From positions 186,001 to 250,000 of the forward strand of contig MCFH01000015.1 of NCBI GenBank assembly GCA_002104945.1: a stretch of DNA of 64,000 nucleotides, in the 5' to 3' direction. Below the pieces are notes generated by a model. That model did not search any database and was not told the origin of the DNA. It saw nothing but the letters and a program-made list of their open reading frames with translations. The stretch is from Piromyces finnis finn. Taxonomy: Eukaryota > Fungi > Neocallimastigomycota. Below, in pieces: positions 39,260 to 58,700 of the stretch (the first letter of the stretch is position 1; the number at the start of each line of letters is the position of its first letter). Made by a program: the position numbers and the translations under genes.

Positions 39260-40918
39260 ATGACGGACGACTTTATTTTTATTAACGTAGAGATGAAGAA
39301 AAATTAAAGAAAAAAAAATTTTTTTTTATTAAATTTGTATGATATTATGCTATATCAATATCAACACTAGGTTATCTTATAAAAAAAAATGAATGGGAAA
39401 AAAAAAAAAAAGAGTTCAATTTTGTTACAAAGTTTAAAATTTTTTATAAATAATAATAATAATATAAAAAAAAAGAGAGAGAGAGAGAGAAAAAAAAATT
39501 AGTATAATAATATTATATACTCTTTTTTTCTTTTCAACTGTAATTATTTTAAATATCAATGAATTTGAATAATATGGACAAAAAAAAAAAAAAAAAAAAA
39601 GAGAGTAGTAATATGATGAAATTCATATTTTTCAAAATATTTAAAAGTAATAGATTTTCAATTATTTTTTTTAACCACTTTTAGTTACCGTATTTTAATT
39701 AAAAGAAAAGAAAGAATAAAAAAAAAAAAAGATTTATTAATATATAATATTTTTTTATATATGAATACTACAAAAAAAGAACATAGAAAATATATATAAA
39801 ATAGACATCTATGGATAAAGAAATTTATTTTTTATATATTTAATTTTAACTCTTTTTTTTATTTATTTTTATAATTTTTCAAAAAAAGAAAGGAAGAAAG
39901 AAAGAATAATAATAATAATAATAATAAAACAAAAAATAAAAAAACGAAAAAAGAAAAATTCAGTTTTAATTCTAATAAAACATAATAATAATAAAAAAAA
40001 AAAAAATTAAAATTTAAAAAATTTGGTTGTGTTGTACAAAATTAAACTTTATTTTAAAAATACCCCACCACACCATAAAAAAAGGGAAAAATGTGTGGTT
40101 GTGGGTTCAAGAAATATAAATTTTTTAAATTGATAAAGAATTAAAAATTATTTCATCCTATATTAAACATTATTATTATTAGTGTAATAGCAATAAATAG
40201 AAGGATATGGTATTATTATCATAGACATAGACCATAAATAATTTGTTATTATATACGTTATTATTATTATAAAAATTATTAGTATTCGTATATTTGTATT
40301 ATTATTTGATATCCATTATATTCTTTCAAATTTATTAAGAATTGGAATGAATTTACTTATACTTTCATTGATAATGGATAGAGACTTTGAATCCTCATAT
40401 ACTTTTTTATAAGGTATACCTCTTATAGAGTATACTGAATTGATTTTTCTTTTTTTTTTTTTTTTTTTTATTTAATAGAAAATTTTTCTTATAACTCTCA
40501 ACAACTATTTACATATTATATAAAGTATTACATCATTTAAAATATGTATATCCAATAATCTTTTCAAGTATTATTAATATTACAACTATAGATAGCATAA
40601 TCAATTGGTGTTGATTTTTTTATTTTATTTATAAATATTAAATGATATCATTCACACATTAATGATATACATATATATACATAGGAATATTTTATATAAT
40701 TTAATTATGAATGGTTTTACCACCCCACCAAAAAAATAATCGTGGGATTTAAAAGAAAAATCTCATTAAAATAATAAATACATATCTTATATATTTAAAC
40801 TTTTTCTTAATTTATTTTTTATTTTACAATTAATCAAAGAGGGTAGATGTATAAAATTTATGAAAGCCCTTTTTTTTTTTTAATATAAATATAAATATAT
40901 ATATTATGAATCCTATCC

Positions 40919-40993
<75 letters not shown>

Positions 40994-41025
40994 GTATTAT
41001 TATTATTAGTATTATGTTTATTATG

Positions 41026-41118
<93 letters not shown>

Positions 41119-41185
41119 GCTATTTTTTTTTAAGAAAAATAAAAAAAACATCGGGTGTTAAACTATATCTTTTCATAATGATGAA

Positions 41186-42584
41186 TTACTTTTTTTTATT
41201 GGTAGTATAAGAGGAACGTGATATGATAGTAGATGGTACATTAATTTCAGATATGGTATGTTGAGATTGAAGTGAAGTGGAATACATTGAAGGAAAAGAG
41301 GATTGAGAATAAAGTGAAGCACCTGTTAAAGTTATACCTGTAAAATTTGAGGAGGTATTACTGTAACTTAGAATGGGTGATAATATTGTATTATTATTAC
41401 TAAGAATATTATTATTACTATTATTTATACTACTACTACTCGTACTAGTAATACTAATAATAGGGTTATTATTATTATTATCATTACTATTACTATTATT
41501 ATTATTAAGAGTAGGTGTACCACCTCCTAAATAATTATAAAAACTGGTACCAAGATAATTTGATGATGATCCTATAGAAGAGGCATAGAAATATTGACGA
41601 TCACTATCTATGGATTGTATGACTTGTTGAAAACACTTATTATTTAATGTGGCATTTTCGGAATAGGATTCATTAATAAGACTAATATTAATAATAAATT
41701 GAAAAAAAAAAAATATGGAATACATCAATACTTAAATTAATCATCATAATAAATATACATTTATACAAATGGGGGTAACAATAATATAAAAGAAAAATAG
41801 AATTTATCACATTATAATAAAAGTGAAACATACGATTCCGCGTTTCCAAGTTGAATTAATTTATAGATTAACTTTCTTAAATTAGGTAAAGTATTTCTTA
41901 AATTACTAACATTTTGTTTTATGTGATTCATTAGCTAGAAATCATTGTATATAAAAAAGGAAGATTAAAAAAAAATGAATAATACTATTCCTAACAACAA
42001 TTATTATATTGATTATAATATAAAATATATAATTTTTTTTGAGGATATTAAATAATTTAATACTACTATATCTATCTATCTATTTTACCTGTTCAATATT
42101 TTTATTTAATAGAAAAACCCCATAGATAAAACGATTATTATTTAAATTTTTGGTATAAAGAGGAAATCTTTATGAAGGAAAAAAAATTTAAAAAAAAAAA
42201 ATTAAAATATTTATTATTATTATTATTATTATTACTATATATAGTATATATTTTGTATATACAATTTATATATCATTTACATGTAATTTATATATATATA
42301 TATCTTTTTATAAATAAATTAAATACTTACTCATTTAACGGTTGACATTCTTTACTTAATGGATCAATGATGGAAGATCTAGACGACATAGGTTTAATAG
42401 GATATCTTAATATAACATCAATATAATCTGCAATTATTGTAATTAAATGACAGGTATAACCTAAGGCTGTTGAAATATCATCCGTATTATAACCTATATT
42501 TAAAAGTTATAAGGAATAGAATTAATCAAACCGATATCAAATCTATCGATTTATTTTTATTATCTCTTATAAATTAATTATATA

Positions 42585-42622
<38 letters not shown>

Positions 42623-45560
42623 CATATCTTGAATTTGGAAGTGGTATACCACAAATAGTATATATAAGTGGATCAGAAACAGACTTTTTATGAATATCAT
42701 CATTATGATTATTACGGTTTTTTTTTTTTTTTTAAAAAAAAAAAAAGCTATTTAATTAATTGAAATAAAAAAGGTTTCTATAATAATTGTAATAATAGAA
42801 ATGGTAATAATAAAAATTACCGGTTCTATAGGATAAATATTTAATAAATCACAAAGAAGTTCGGCAAGTCGTTGATTACTCATAATTCTAATTTGACTTT
42901 CTTTTTGACTAATTTTTTTTTTTTTTAAAATTTTAAAATATTCAAATAATAATAATGATAATATAATAATAATAAAATGAAAAATAAAATAAAAAAAAAA
43001 GGTTAATGGCATTAAATAAGTATTTATATGTTGATATACAGTTAAAAACTATCATAGAACAAAATAATTTATATAGAGAATATAGATAAAACATTACATC
43101 ATTTCATGTTCAAATTCCTTTTTTGAACTTTCTAATTCATTCATTTTTTGATCATATTCTTCTAATTTTTTATTCAATAGGCCACGTTTGGTTACATTTG
43201 AATTTCTAAATTCTTCTAATCGTTGAGTATCTTTTTTTTTTTTTTTTAATAAATAATAAATATTATTTATGATAATGATATATTATATAATAAATGATCT
43301 ATATAGGTTCATTTATTTAAGTATTATTATTATTATTTTTTTTTTTCTTTACACTTACTTTCTTCAATGTTTAACATACTAATAACTAATTGATTTTCTA
43401 ATAATGTTGATTCTGATTTATATTCAGTTGTTTTTAAATCCTATCATTTTAAAAGAATATATACATAAATATAAAATATATATATATTATATAAATAAGG
43501 GAAAGGGGAATTAAATATTTCATTTCTTATTAAACTTTCTAATGATAAATAAGTTTGTTAATATTTACAATATTATGCTTTTCTTTATATAATTTTAGTT
43601 TTTCTCTTAATGCTTTTTTCTTTTTATTTAACTCTAACTTTTCTTTTTTTAATTCTTCCTGTGCTTTATTAAGACTATTTTAATGAATTTCATAAAAGGA
43701 AAAAGGAAAAAGAGAAAGAATTTATTATTATTATTTTGAAGAGGATGGTTATTTTCTGTGAACTTTAACTATAAAAATTTACTTTATTAATATATCAGCG
43801 GAATAAGATTTTTTGACCTGTGTGTGGTCTACTTTAAATACATTAATCGCATTGCTTGATTCTTTTCTCATTTCCTTTTTTTTTTTTTTTATCGTTTTTA
43901 TTATTTCATATTATTGTAGTATCATGATATAAATATTTATATTTATTTTGATATTGTGTATATTTTTATTTAATTAAATAATAGTAAAAAAATAAATAAA
44001 TAAATAAATTTATTTTAAACATTATATATAGATAGATAGATAGAAATATTAATATAAAATTTACTGAACATTCTGAGCATTGAATGTAATAACCATTGGT
44101 ATATTCTAGTATTAAAGAATTCTTTGTAAATTCAGTTTTTAATACAGATAACTATTGGGTGTGTTGATAATAAATTTATTAAATTTTAGTTTATATTAAT
44201 TGAATAAAAAAAAAAAAAAGAAAGAAAGAAATTTAAAATATATTTATATGGTAGGTGGTAGGGTTGAGTATTGAATTTAATAGACATCAGCATATATTGA
44301 TAGTTTTATACATACATCAGTTCCAACATATACTAATAACTTTCCTTCTATTTTATTTGTGAATAATAAAATTGGATTTTTATTGTCTTTTCCTGAAATA
44401 ATCCAAACTTTAACTATAAAATGTATTTTATTGGAATAATAATAATAATAATAATAAAAAAGATATACATATATATATATTTATAATAATAATAATAAAA
44501 AAGATATACATATATATATTTATAATAATAATAATAATAAAATAATTATACCATAAAATTAATTCAAAATTAAGGTTTAATATTCTATTCAAAATTTAAA
44601 TTTCAAAATTGAATTTCAAAATTAAAATTTCAATTTAACATTATTTTTTTTTTCTTCTGAATTTAATATAATATATATTTTAATAGGAGGAGAAAAAAAG
44701 GATATCAGGCAATTGAACATTCACCCCAGAAGGAAACATTAATCTGTCTAATGGATTCCATGTTGGATTCTGTTATTATTCATTTTATGATAATAATTTG
44801 GATATAAATTGTTTTTATTTTTATTATTATTTTATTTTAATTGTATATATTATATTTAAAATTATTTTTATTTTAATAAATATATACCAATGAGTTTTTT
44901 ATTATATCACTTTTAAAAAATTCTTTTTGTTCTTCTTTGTAATAAAAATATATAAAGATATGTATATATTTTTAATTTATTGTTGAGTTTATATATTTTT
45001 GATATACAATAAAATATAAAAGATATAAAAATAGGACTATTATATATTCTATTGTTTTTACTAATATTTATTATTACTATTACTATTATTATTACTATTA
45101 TTATTGTTATATTATTATTGTCATTTTAATTCAAATTTTATTTATACCATCAGCTGTTAATAAAGTATAATAAACACTATATAAATTTGAAATGTTATCG
45201 TCTTTTTCAAGTTGTCTTGCTGAAATTGACTTTAATTGTTTAATTCGAGGCTATACAATTATATATATGCTTTAAAATTTAAATATGTACTTTTATTTAT
45301 TCTTTTTTTTAAAAAAAATATATAAAATAAAATGGAGGAATGGTCATGGTTACCGTAAGAATTAATGGTTGTGGTAATTCCTTTATAATGGAAATTAGGT
45401 TTAAATTATAATAATAAATAAATAAATTTTAATAATTAAAGAATTAAAATTGTATAATTAGGAAAGATTGACTTTTATTCATTTATTATTTTTTTTAATA
45501 AGTAAATAAAATATAAAAATAATAATTTACTTCATGGAATTGACATGATTGTATGGTCAT
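41186..45560 (-). CDS. UVRAG: UVRAG/Vps38 (PI3K complex II subunit), multi-exon
   Basis: Start MTIQSCQFHE at 45560, then exons reading PRIKQLKSISARQL, a coiled coil, STALGYTCHLITIIADYIDVILRYPIKPMSSRSSIID, FPLY...FIYGVFLLNKNIEQL and LRNTLPNL, matching the UVRAG C-terminal domain. Ser/Asn-rich tail in ORF 41186-41728; the exact 3' end is uncertain. Confidence 0.85.
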
Positions 45561-48500
45561 TTTTTTTTTTTTAGATAAAATACATTAAAAATATTTATAT
45601 TTGAAAGCGTAACTTGGTGATTTATATATACATATTTTGGACTGATATATAAGTGTTAAATTATTAAATATAGTTTTAAACTAGTAATAATAACAAAGGC
45701 AAAGAATACAAAAATATAAAATAAAAAGAAAGTAGTTTAATATTATAAACTAAGAGAGAAAAAAAAATAATAATTATAAAAAATTTTAATATAAAAAAAT
45801 TTTAATTAAAAGTTACCATTACCTTAGAAAAAAAAAAAAAAAAAAAAAAAAAGAGGTTAATGGTTTACATGCCTTTTTTGATACAAGCATTCATTCATTT
45901 TACTAATTTAAAATATAAAAAAAATATAATCTATATATAATAGGTATTTTTATTTATTCATCATTTTATTTCATGTTTATATCTGTTATAAATATGTACA
46001 ATATTTTTTTTTTTTTTCCTTAATTATTAGATTAATTTATCATTATCATTAATAACAAAGTGTTACAAAAAAAAAGATTTTCCAGACATTACAATGCTTT
46101 AATTATTTTTCTTGTATGGTTTATTTATTTTAATATCACCTACAAAAGTAAGGACATCGCACTTTAAAAGATTAAGAATAATCATCTAAATTTTATTGAT
46201 TTGGTTTATAAAACAACTTTTTTTTTTTTTTTTTTGATGGATTTAACACTTGTGTAACATTTTTTTTATAATAAAAATCACACATTACAAATTTATCCAT
46301 AGGATTTATATTTTATCCTAGATTTTTTGGTTGATTTAGCCACAATTTCTAACCTGACAAAAATTGTTCTCTGGATAAAATCTAGCCAGAAAAATCAAAA
46401 AATGGCAAAATGGACATGTATTCTAAATTTTGATTTTTTTAACAATATAAAAATATACATTATATTCGATTTTTTTTTAATAGTCATTATTAGAAGCATT
46501 AAATCTACTAGCATAATTGGGTTATATTTCTTTAATATTAACTTTTTTTTTGGTAATTGCATAAAATCTACTACTAATGTTAACTTTTATTAGCTAATAA
46601 TTATGCTTTGTTTTAATGAATGTAAAATGTTTTCATGCAATTGAATTAACAAATTATTGTGGTTAAAGTTATGTTTAACGATGTTGTACTAACTGAAATA
46701 TTTAATCTTTATTCTTTAAATTAACTATTAATTAAGATTCCTTAATAGTTTTGGTATCATTATTAATATAAATAAAAAAAATACCTTATATTAAAGGAAA
46801 ATCAATAATAGTACATCTTAGTTGTTTACTCGATTTAATATTTACTATTTTAGTATAATTTAATTTTTTTTTCACCATTTTATCAAAACATCTTTTATTT
46901 ATTTTTTGTTGAGTAGCATAGCCACCTAAAAGAATTAAACTTCTTAAGCATACATGTTTAATAAAAATATTATTTTTTCATATGAACCAAATAAACAAAT
47001 AATAGATATATAATATTATAATATTATATATATTTCATTAATTATTATAACAATTAAAAAAAATTATAACATTTATTCAATAAACTTTTAATTTTTAAAG
47101 CAATTAAATAATAATTTTTTTTCTAGCTTAGAACTTCATTATGATAAAAGGTATAAACTTTAATAAATTTATCTTTTTTTTATTTATTATTTTAAAATAG
47201 TTTTTTTTAGAGTGTAGCATTGAAAATTGGTTTTTTTATATTTCAATAATAATATATATTAATAGTATTATTAATATTCAAATAATAAATAAATAATACA
47301 TGGACTTTATTTAATTACAAGGTTATTCAAATTGAGTTTTAAAAGTATTATAGGGTAGTTTATATATAGTTTAGTTTAGCCTCTATTAGTTTTTTTCATT
47401 TTATATTGAAGATATGAAATGTAATAGTATATGTTAGAATATAATTTATAAAAAATATAAATGAATGGAATTTCTCTTTTTTTTTAAAAAAAAAAAAAAA
47501 GTATAAAACGAATGGAATAATATCTTCAAACTATTTTTTAAAAATATATCAAAAGAGGGAGGGATAAAATTAAATTTTTTTAAAATTTTATTTAATAATT
47601 AATATATCCATTTATTTAATTTACTTATAAAATTTATCTATAACATTCATTTATATATGATATAATTTATTTAAACTTATACCTATTTATTTATATTTAT
47701 TTATATCTTTAGTTAATAATGACATATTTAAACCAAGTTTCTGTAATATTGACATACCTGGTTAATAATACTGCCGATACTCATTCTAAATCATTATTAT
47801 TATGATTAAATGATGTAGAATGGATGAATAATATCCAATAATAATTTGAATATATCACGTGTTTATCAATGTGATACGGGTTAATTTTATGTAGAAAGAA
47901 TTAAACTTTAATTAATATATATTTTATTAATAATTTTATTTATAACGTTCCAATATTTCTATTCTGTCTAAATACTAAAACGTTCTGTCGTTGTCAAATA
48001 TTAAAATTCTAACTAAAACAAGAAGCCCTTTTTAATAATATTTATTCTAGTCTATTTATACTAATGAGGCTTACTTAATAATTAATTGTCCAATTATAAG
48101 GCTAGAACTATATGGATCATTCATTTACATTATTCTTTTACATTACATGATATTACATTTGTCATACATTTACATTATATTCTTATACATTGTAGAAATA
48201 ATTAATATTATAATAAAACTATATAAATTTAATATTAGGAAAAATTACTAATATAATAATATGTTCAAGTCACATATTATTTTTATATCAAATGGATATA
48301 TATATTAAAAACTATATAAATGCTAAATTACATAAGATACAAATTTTGAAAGTTTGAAAGCATTTTTCAAAGTGTCTAGTTTCTTAAGAAATCTAAATAG
48401 ACTAAATATAAAAAAAGATCAAGGTAGAAAATGATTTTATAAAGATAGGGAATCACACGTTTTTTTTTTTTTTTTTTTGTTTTTTACTTTTGTTATACTA

Positions 48501-51031
48501 GAAAATTAACAGTCATAGAAAAATAAAAATAATAATTAATAAAATAATAAAAAACAAAATTTAATTTAAATTTCTATTTCGGCGGTTTTTTGATTAATTT
48601 CATTAGTATAAGAGTTCCCATGGTATAAAATTGTCACAATCACAAATAAATTTAATTCGCGTATATAGGTATTCAACAATGTTAAGAATATAAAATTGTC
48701 ATAAATATATTATTTTCAAATTAAATTTTTTAAGATCTTTTTCTTTTCCCCTTTGGTTATATTATTTTTAGTGTTAAACGACATTGCATCCATCCATTTA
48801 AACACTAAGAATCGAATAAAAACTAGTTTAGTACTTTTATGCTATTTCTTTCTACCTTTAAAATATTCTATTCTTGACCACCCTATTTATAATGCACGCT
48901 ATATATTAATATTTTTTTTTTTTTTACCTCTTCTAAATTAACTTAATGGTATAGAAAAATAAATGAAAATATAATTATATTATTATTATTTTTATAATAC
49001 CCATCTTTTTTTTTTGTCCTTAATGAATTTTTATATTATGAAAAAAACAATCCATCCAACCAAATCACATCCTTACATAAAAGTTTTGCTATTAATGAAA
49101 AGAAATCTAAACTATGGATTTAATAGATATGATAGAGAAATTTAATTATTTTCAATGGAAAAAAAAGGATAAAATGAATGAAAATAAGTCCAAAAGCTTT
49201 CCAGCATTGTACCCATTTTCATTCTTTCCAATGATTTTCAGGAATAATTCTTTAACACTAAATAATTTAAATAGTTTTATAAATTTCCATATTTCATAAT
49301 ATTCAATACAATAATTTATTTTTCTTTATTCAACATTATTTATTTGTAGGAATGTGTAAATTTAATAATTCATCATTTCTTTTTTAAAAAAGAAAAAAAA
49401 AATTAGAATATAAAATTAAAACTTGAAATTGATATATAAAATGAAAACTAATTTCTAAAATGAATCTTTTTTTACTCTCAATTTCAATACCCAATACTAT
49501 TTTTCTATTTTTATGTTTTGAAGCCAATACAAATTAATGAAATGAATTTTTTATATACTATTTTACACTTGATGCTAATATTAATCAATGAAATAAAATT
49601 TTCTTTTTTCTATTTTCAAAATTTTAAATTAACCAGTAATGTAATAAAAAAAAAAAAAAGGAAAAATAAAACGGTATTATCCCCATAATTTTCTAATATA
49701 AAGAGAAATTATAAAAAAAAAAAAAAGGAAGAAGTTTTCATTCTGCTATTCCAACTTAAAACCCAATATGTTTCAACTTTCCACTAAACTAATCAAAATA
49801 AAGGTTAAAAAAAAAAAAAAAGAAAAAAAAGAAAGGCTAACACCAACAGAAGATGAATATCTTTTAAAATTTTACCTGAAATTTAACTTTTGAGCTTTTT
49901 AACATTAATGGATTATAATGCTAATATTATATTTGGGAAATTCTAATTTGTTAATCTATATCTCATAGAACTTCTTCATTGGATAAAGGTAAATGAATTC
50001 CATATATTTTTATATTTTTTGATATACATTAAATTATGTATTAAATTATCAAATGCAATGAATGAAATTGAAAATATATGATTGAGATTTCCTTTTTCAA
50101 AAAGATATAAAAATGAATTATCATGTTAAATATAAAATGTATTAATATTGTACATACATAAATGAAAAATAGTAGCAATCAAGCTTTAACAAAAAAAAAA
50201 AAAAAAAAAAGATAAGGATGGAAAATATAAAATAGTCAAGGGATCAATCTTAAATGCACAGAATACATTATGTAAAATATCTTTTTTGTACGTATATCAA
50301 TTTTTAAATCAAAAATTTATTAACTTTTTGATTTTTTATTAATCCAATTTTCATTTAAAAAAAAAAAAAAAAAAAAGATATTTATATTAAAAACTATATT
50401 AAAAATGACTCATCTTTATATATTACAATATAATAGTAATGATAGATTATGATAATGAAACATACAATTTAAAAAAAAAAAAAAAAAAATCAACAATAAT
50501 AATATATAATATTTTTGAATATTGCTATTATTGGTAATACATAATTCAACATCTTTTCTTTCTTGTAATTCAATAGTAATATATATTATTTTGAATTCCG
50601 TAATTTATTCTCCCAATCTTTTTTATTATTTAGATCAAATAATCCAATGGTTATAAAGAGATCCTTGGTAGGATGACCAAAATTTTTTTTTTTTATTCAA
50701 ATACAGAAATTCTAAAAAATATATATATATAATAAAAAAAAAAGACAATATTTAAAGAGAAAAAAAACAATAGTAATAAAAATAATAATGAAATAACAAA
50801 AATAACAAAAACAATAATGATAAGCATAATAATAACACGAAAGAATAATAAATAAATAAATAAAATATTTAAGTCTTTAATTATATTTTTATTTTTTCGT
50901 ATATTAATTTGTTTAAAAAACAGGTAAAAAAAAAAGTCTGTCTTTTGGTTGTTGGATAAAGTTTGGTATCTAAATAAAAAAAATATAAAAATTAAAAAAA
51001 AAAAACTTGGCATATCATTATACTATAATTT

Positions 51032-51067
<36 letters not shown>

Positions 51068-51397
51068 GAATAGGAAAAGTATATAGAACATTTTGTTTTT
51101 GTTTTTGTTTTTTTTTTTCATTTAAAGTTTAATAAAAAATGAATAAATAAATAAATAGATTCACCAACCCTTATTATTATTACTTTAATATTAAATACAA
51201 AAAAATTCAAGTAAAAAAACAAATATAAACAATAAAATAACTAAAATAAATAAGAAAAAAAGAGTCATAAAAAAAAAAGTATTATTATTATATAATATAT
51301 ATTTTGTTGTTGTTTTTTTTTTTTTTTTTGAATAATACTATATATGGTTTATGTTTCCATTAATAATTTATATCTTTTGTTGTTATTAGTAAAATAA

Positions 51398-55721
<4,324 letters not shown>

Positions 55722-58700
55722 CTAATTTTTTTAAAAAAATATATTAAATATATATATTAATATTGATTTTATTTTTCATTTTCTATATAATAGTGTTAGT
55801 AAAACTAAAGTTTTTAGTTATAAAATATTCATTGTTACTTGTAAAGAAAAGGTATTTTATAATTAATACATTGTATATTAAAGCATATATATTTATTTAC
55901 TAATTTACACTTTTTCTTCTTTTTATATGTAATATTAATAAAAATTATGTACCTTTTATTTCTTAAAATACTCATTATTATATGATATTTTTATATGAAA
56001 TATTTAATGTTTTAATTAGGTATATTTTTTTCTACTTTTCAAATTGAAATAATATATCTTCTTTTTGTTGTTATTATTGTGGTATGGTAGTAGTTATTAG
56101 TTTTATTTATTTTTAAAATTTAAAAATGAATTTTTTATTTATAATAACATAAATTGGTAATGTTAATGAAAAAAAAAAAAAAAAAAAATTAAACTACAAT
56201 TTCAAAAATTTAATTATTCCTTTCTTCAAATATTAATAATACTATTATTATTTAATAGTTAAAAGTTTTTAAAAAGCAATAAATAAATAAATAACACTTT
56301 TATATTTTTAAAAGATATTTAAGTAAAGCTGATTAATTAATAGAGTTCTTCTTTTAAAATAAAAAAAAAGCTTTTGCTTCACCTACAAAGCAACCAAAAA
56401 AAAAAAAAAATATACCTTAATAAAAAAAAAAAGTAATAAAAATTTTTACATATATTACTAAGATTTTAATATAAAAAATTAAATCTTTTAATTTATTGAG
56501 TTTTAATATAAAAAAAATAATTTGTTTTTCAGGCAGTTCTAGGGAAAAACAATTATTTCATCACTTTAATCTTGAGTGAAAGCATTAATAAATAAAACTA
56601 TTTCTTTTATTATTATACTACCTTTTTCTTTTTCCTTTCTATAGAGACTTTTTACCTGACAATTTACTAATAAAATATATAGATATAAAATGTCAATTAA
56701 TATGAAATGACTTAAAAAAGTGTATTTTACAGGGAAATTTCCAATTTAAATTAATTTTCTTTAATATATTTATTTATTCATTCATTCATTCATTCATTCA
56801 CATATATAGTTATACATTTATTTATTTACTTATTTATTTATTTATTCATTCATTCATTCATTCACATATATAGTTATACATTTATTTATTTACTTATTTA
56901 TTTATTTATTATTTATTTATTTATTCATTCATTCATTCATTTATTAATTTATCTGCTTATCAATTTCCATAAAAATTATTTCCATAAATTAATAAAGGAA
57001 TTATTTAATATATAATATATTAATAATAAATTTGTCATTTTTTTCCTTTTTTTTTACATAATTTTTAATATATAAATAATATATATATAAATAATACATT
57101 TAATAGAAAATCAATATTGGCTAATATATAAATATAAAAAGATAATTCATTTTTTAAATTATAATTAATGGATTAACTATTATATAATTAGTAAAATGTT
57201 AAGTATATTATTATAGTAAATACTTTGGGTAGTTTGAAGGCAAAGAATGTCATTATATTCAAATGTATAGAAATTGATCATAATAATAATTATACAAGTA
57301 ACAAATAACTTTAATAAAGCATCCATACCATAAATCTTTAACAAAAAAAGTGTTGCATGAGCATCCTATTATATATATTAACAGTAGAGTTTTTGTCTTT
57401 TTAGTCTATTAACAAAATTCAAAAAATATTTTGTTTTTGTTTTTCCTTTTTTAATTAATAATTATATATTATGAAATATATAAAATATATATTAATTATA
57501 TATGAAATGAGTTGATAGGCTTTCACTTTTACTTTTATTTTAATATAAAAAAATAAATTGGTAAAATAAATAAACATATTAAAATTATTTAAGTAATGAT
57601 AAAGTATATATTATTCCAATAAATAATATATATATTGTATACATACATAATATATAATAAAATATAATTTTCCTTTTTATTAAATTGATTTAAATTGATA
57701 TGCTTCCATATAATAGAATAGAATAGAATATATTAATATTCTTTATTATTAATAATATGAAACATTCATTCCGTGAGACTTCAACCAAAAAAAAAAAGCG
57801 CTGAAAAGGCAGATTCATAACCAAAAAAAAGGCATTACAAAAAGATAGCTCAATCCTATGCATGGTATATAAAAGAGTGTTGTATTTTAGCCTTAAAATA
57901 CTCTAATATTTATGCTTATGATAATAAAAAAAAAAGACCTCACATTACTAAAAAAACACATAAAACTGAAGTAAATGTCATTTTAATTTTTATTTACAAA
58001 AACTATCAGTTTTTCACAGGCATGTTGCTAATTGATTAAGAAAGGATACTTGTGTATTTTGACATAGCCTAAGTCACCACTTATAAAGTTCTAATTTAAA
58101 ATGTACCATGTACATTTGACCCTCTCAGGCCGACTAGACGAATGCTATTATCATGGTAGTAACTTAGAAAGTGCATTAATACTTATCTGAATATTATAAC
58201 CTAATCCATGGCAAAACCCAATGGAGAAAATACACAAGCGCTGACATCTTCAGGGTTGAACTAAAAGTCTTATGCATGCTAAGGATACGCCATAACAACC
58301 AGGATAAAAACTGAAACAGAAAAAACTACTTTTAGCATAAACTCCAGGTCAATTCACATAAGAGTTAAGATGATAATAAGTTAATATAAAATTAATAAAA
58401 AATATAATCTTGATTTTGTAATAAAGTTCCAAAGATAATAAGATATAATAAAATAAGTGATAGGAACTTTAGTAATATTAATAGTGAATAAACAGTTTAC
58501 TTGTATAAGAAAGAAAGATACCTATTTAAATATGTATTATTAATAAATAAGTGTATAAATACAAAGTATAATATAGTTTAATAAAGAAAGATAAATATCT
58601 AATAATAATAAATGTTTTTTTTTTTTGTTTAAATAATAATAATAATTATTCAAACTCTTATTATTATTATTATTTATTATTAATTTTAGGATTTTGTTTA

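Noticed and set aside
40060-40110. C-rich/G-rich imperfect inverted repeat with GGTTCAAG, suggesting a tRNA T-arm
   Set aside because: No cloverleaf, A-box or acceptor stem could be built.
47740-47890. Patch with ACATACCTGG and ATGATG resembling a U1 snRNA 5' end or a box C
   Set aside because: It is not the ATACTTACCTG U1 5' end, there is no Sm site in register, and no paired box D was found.
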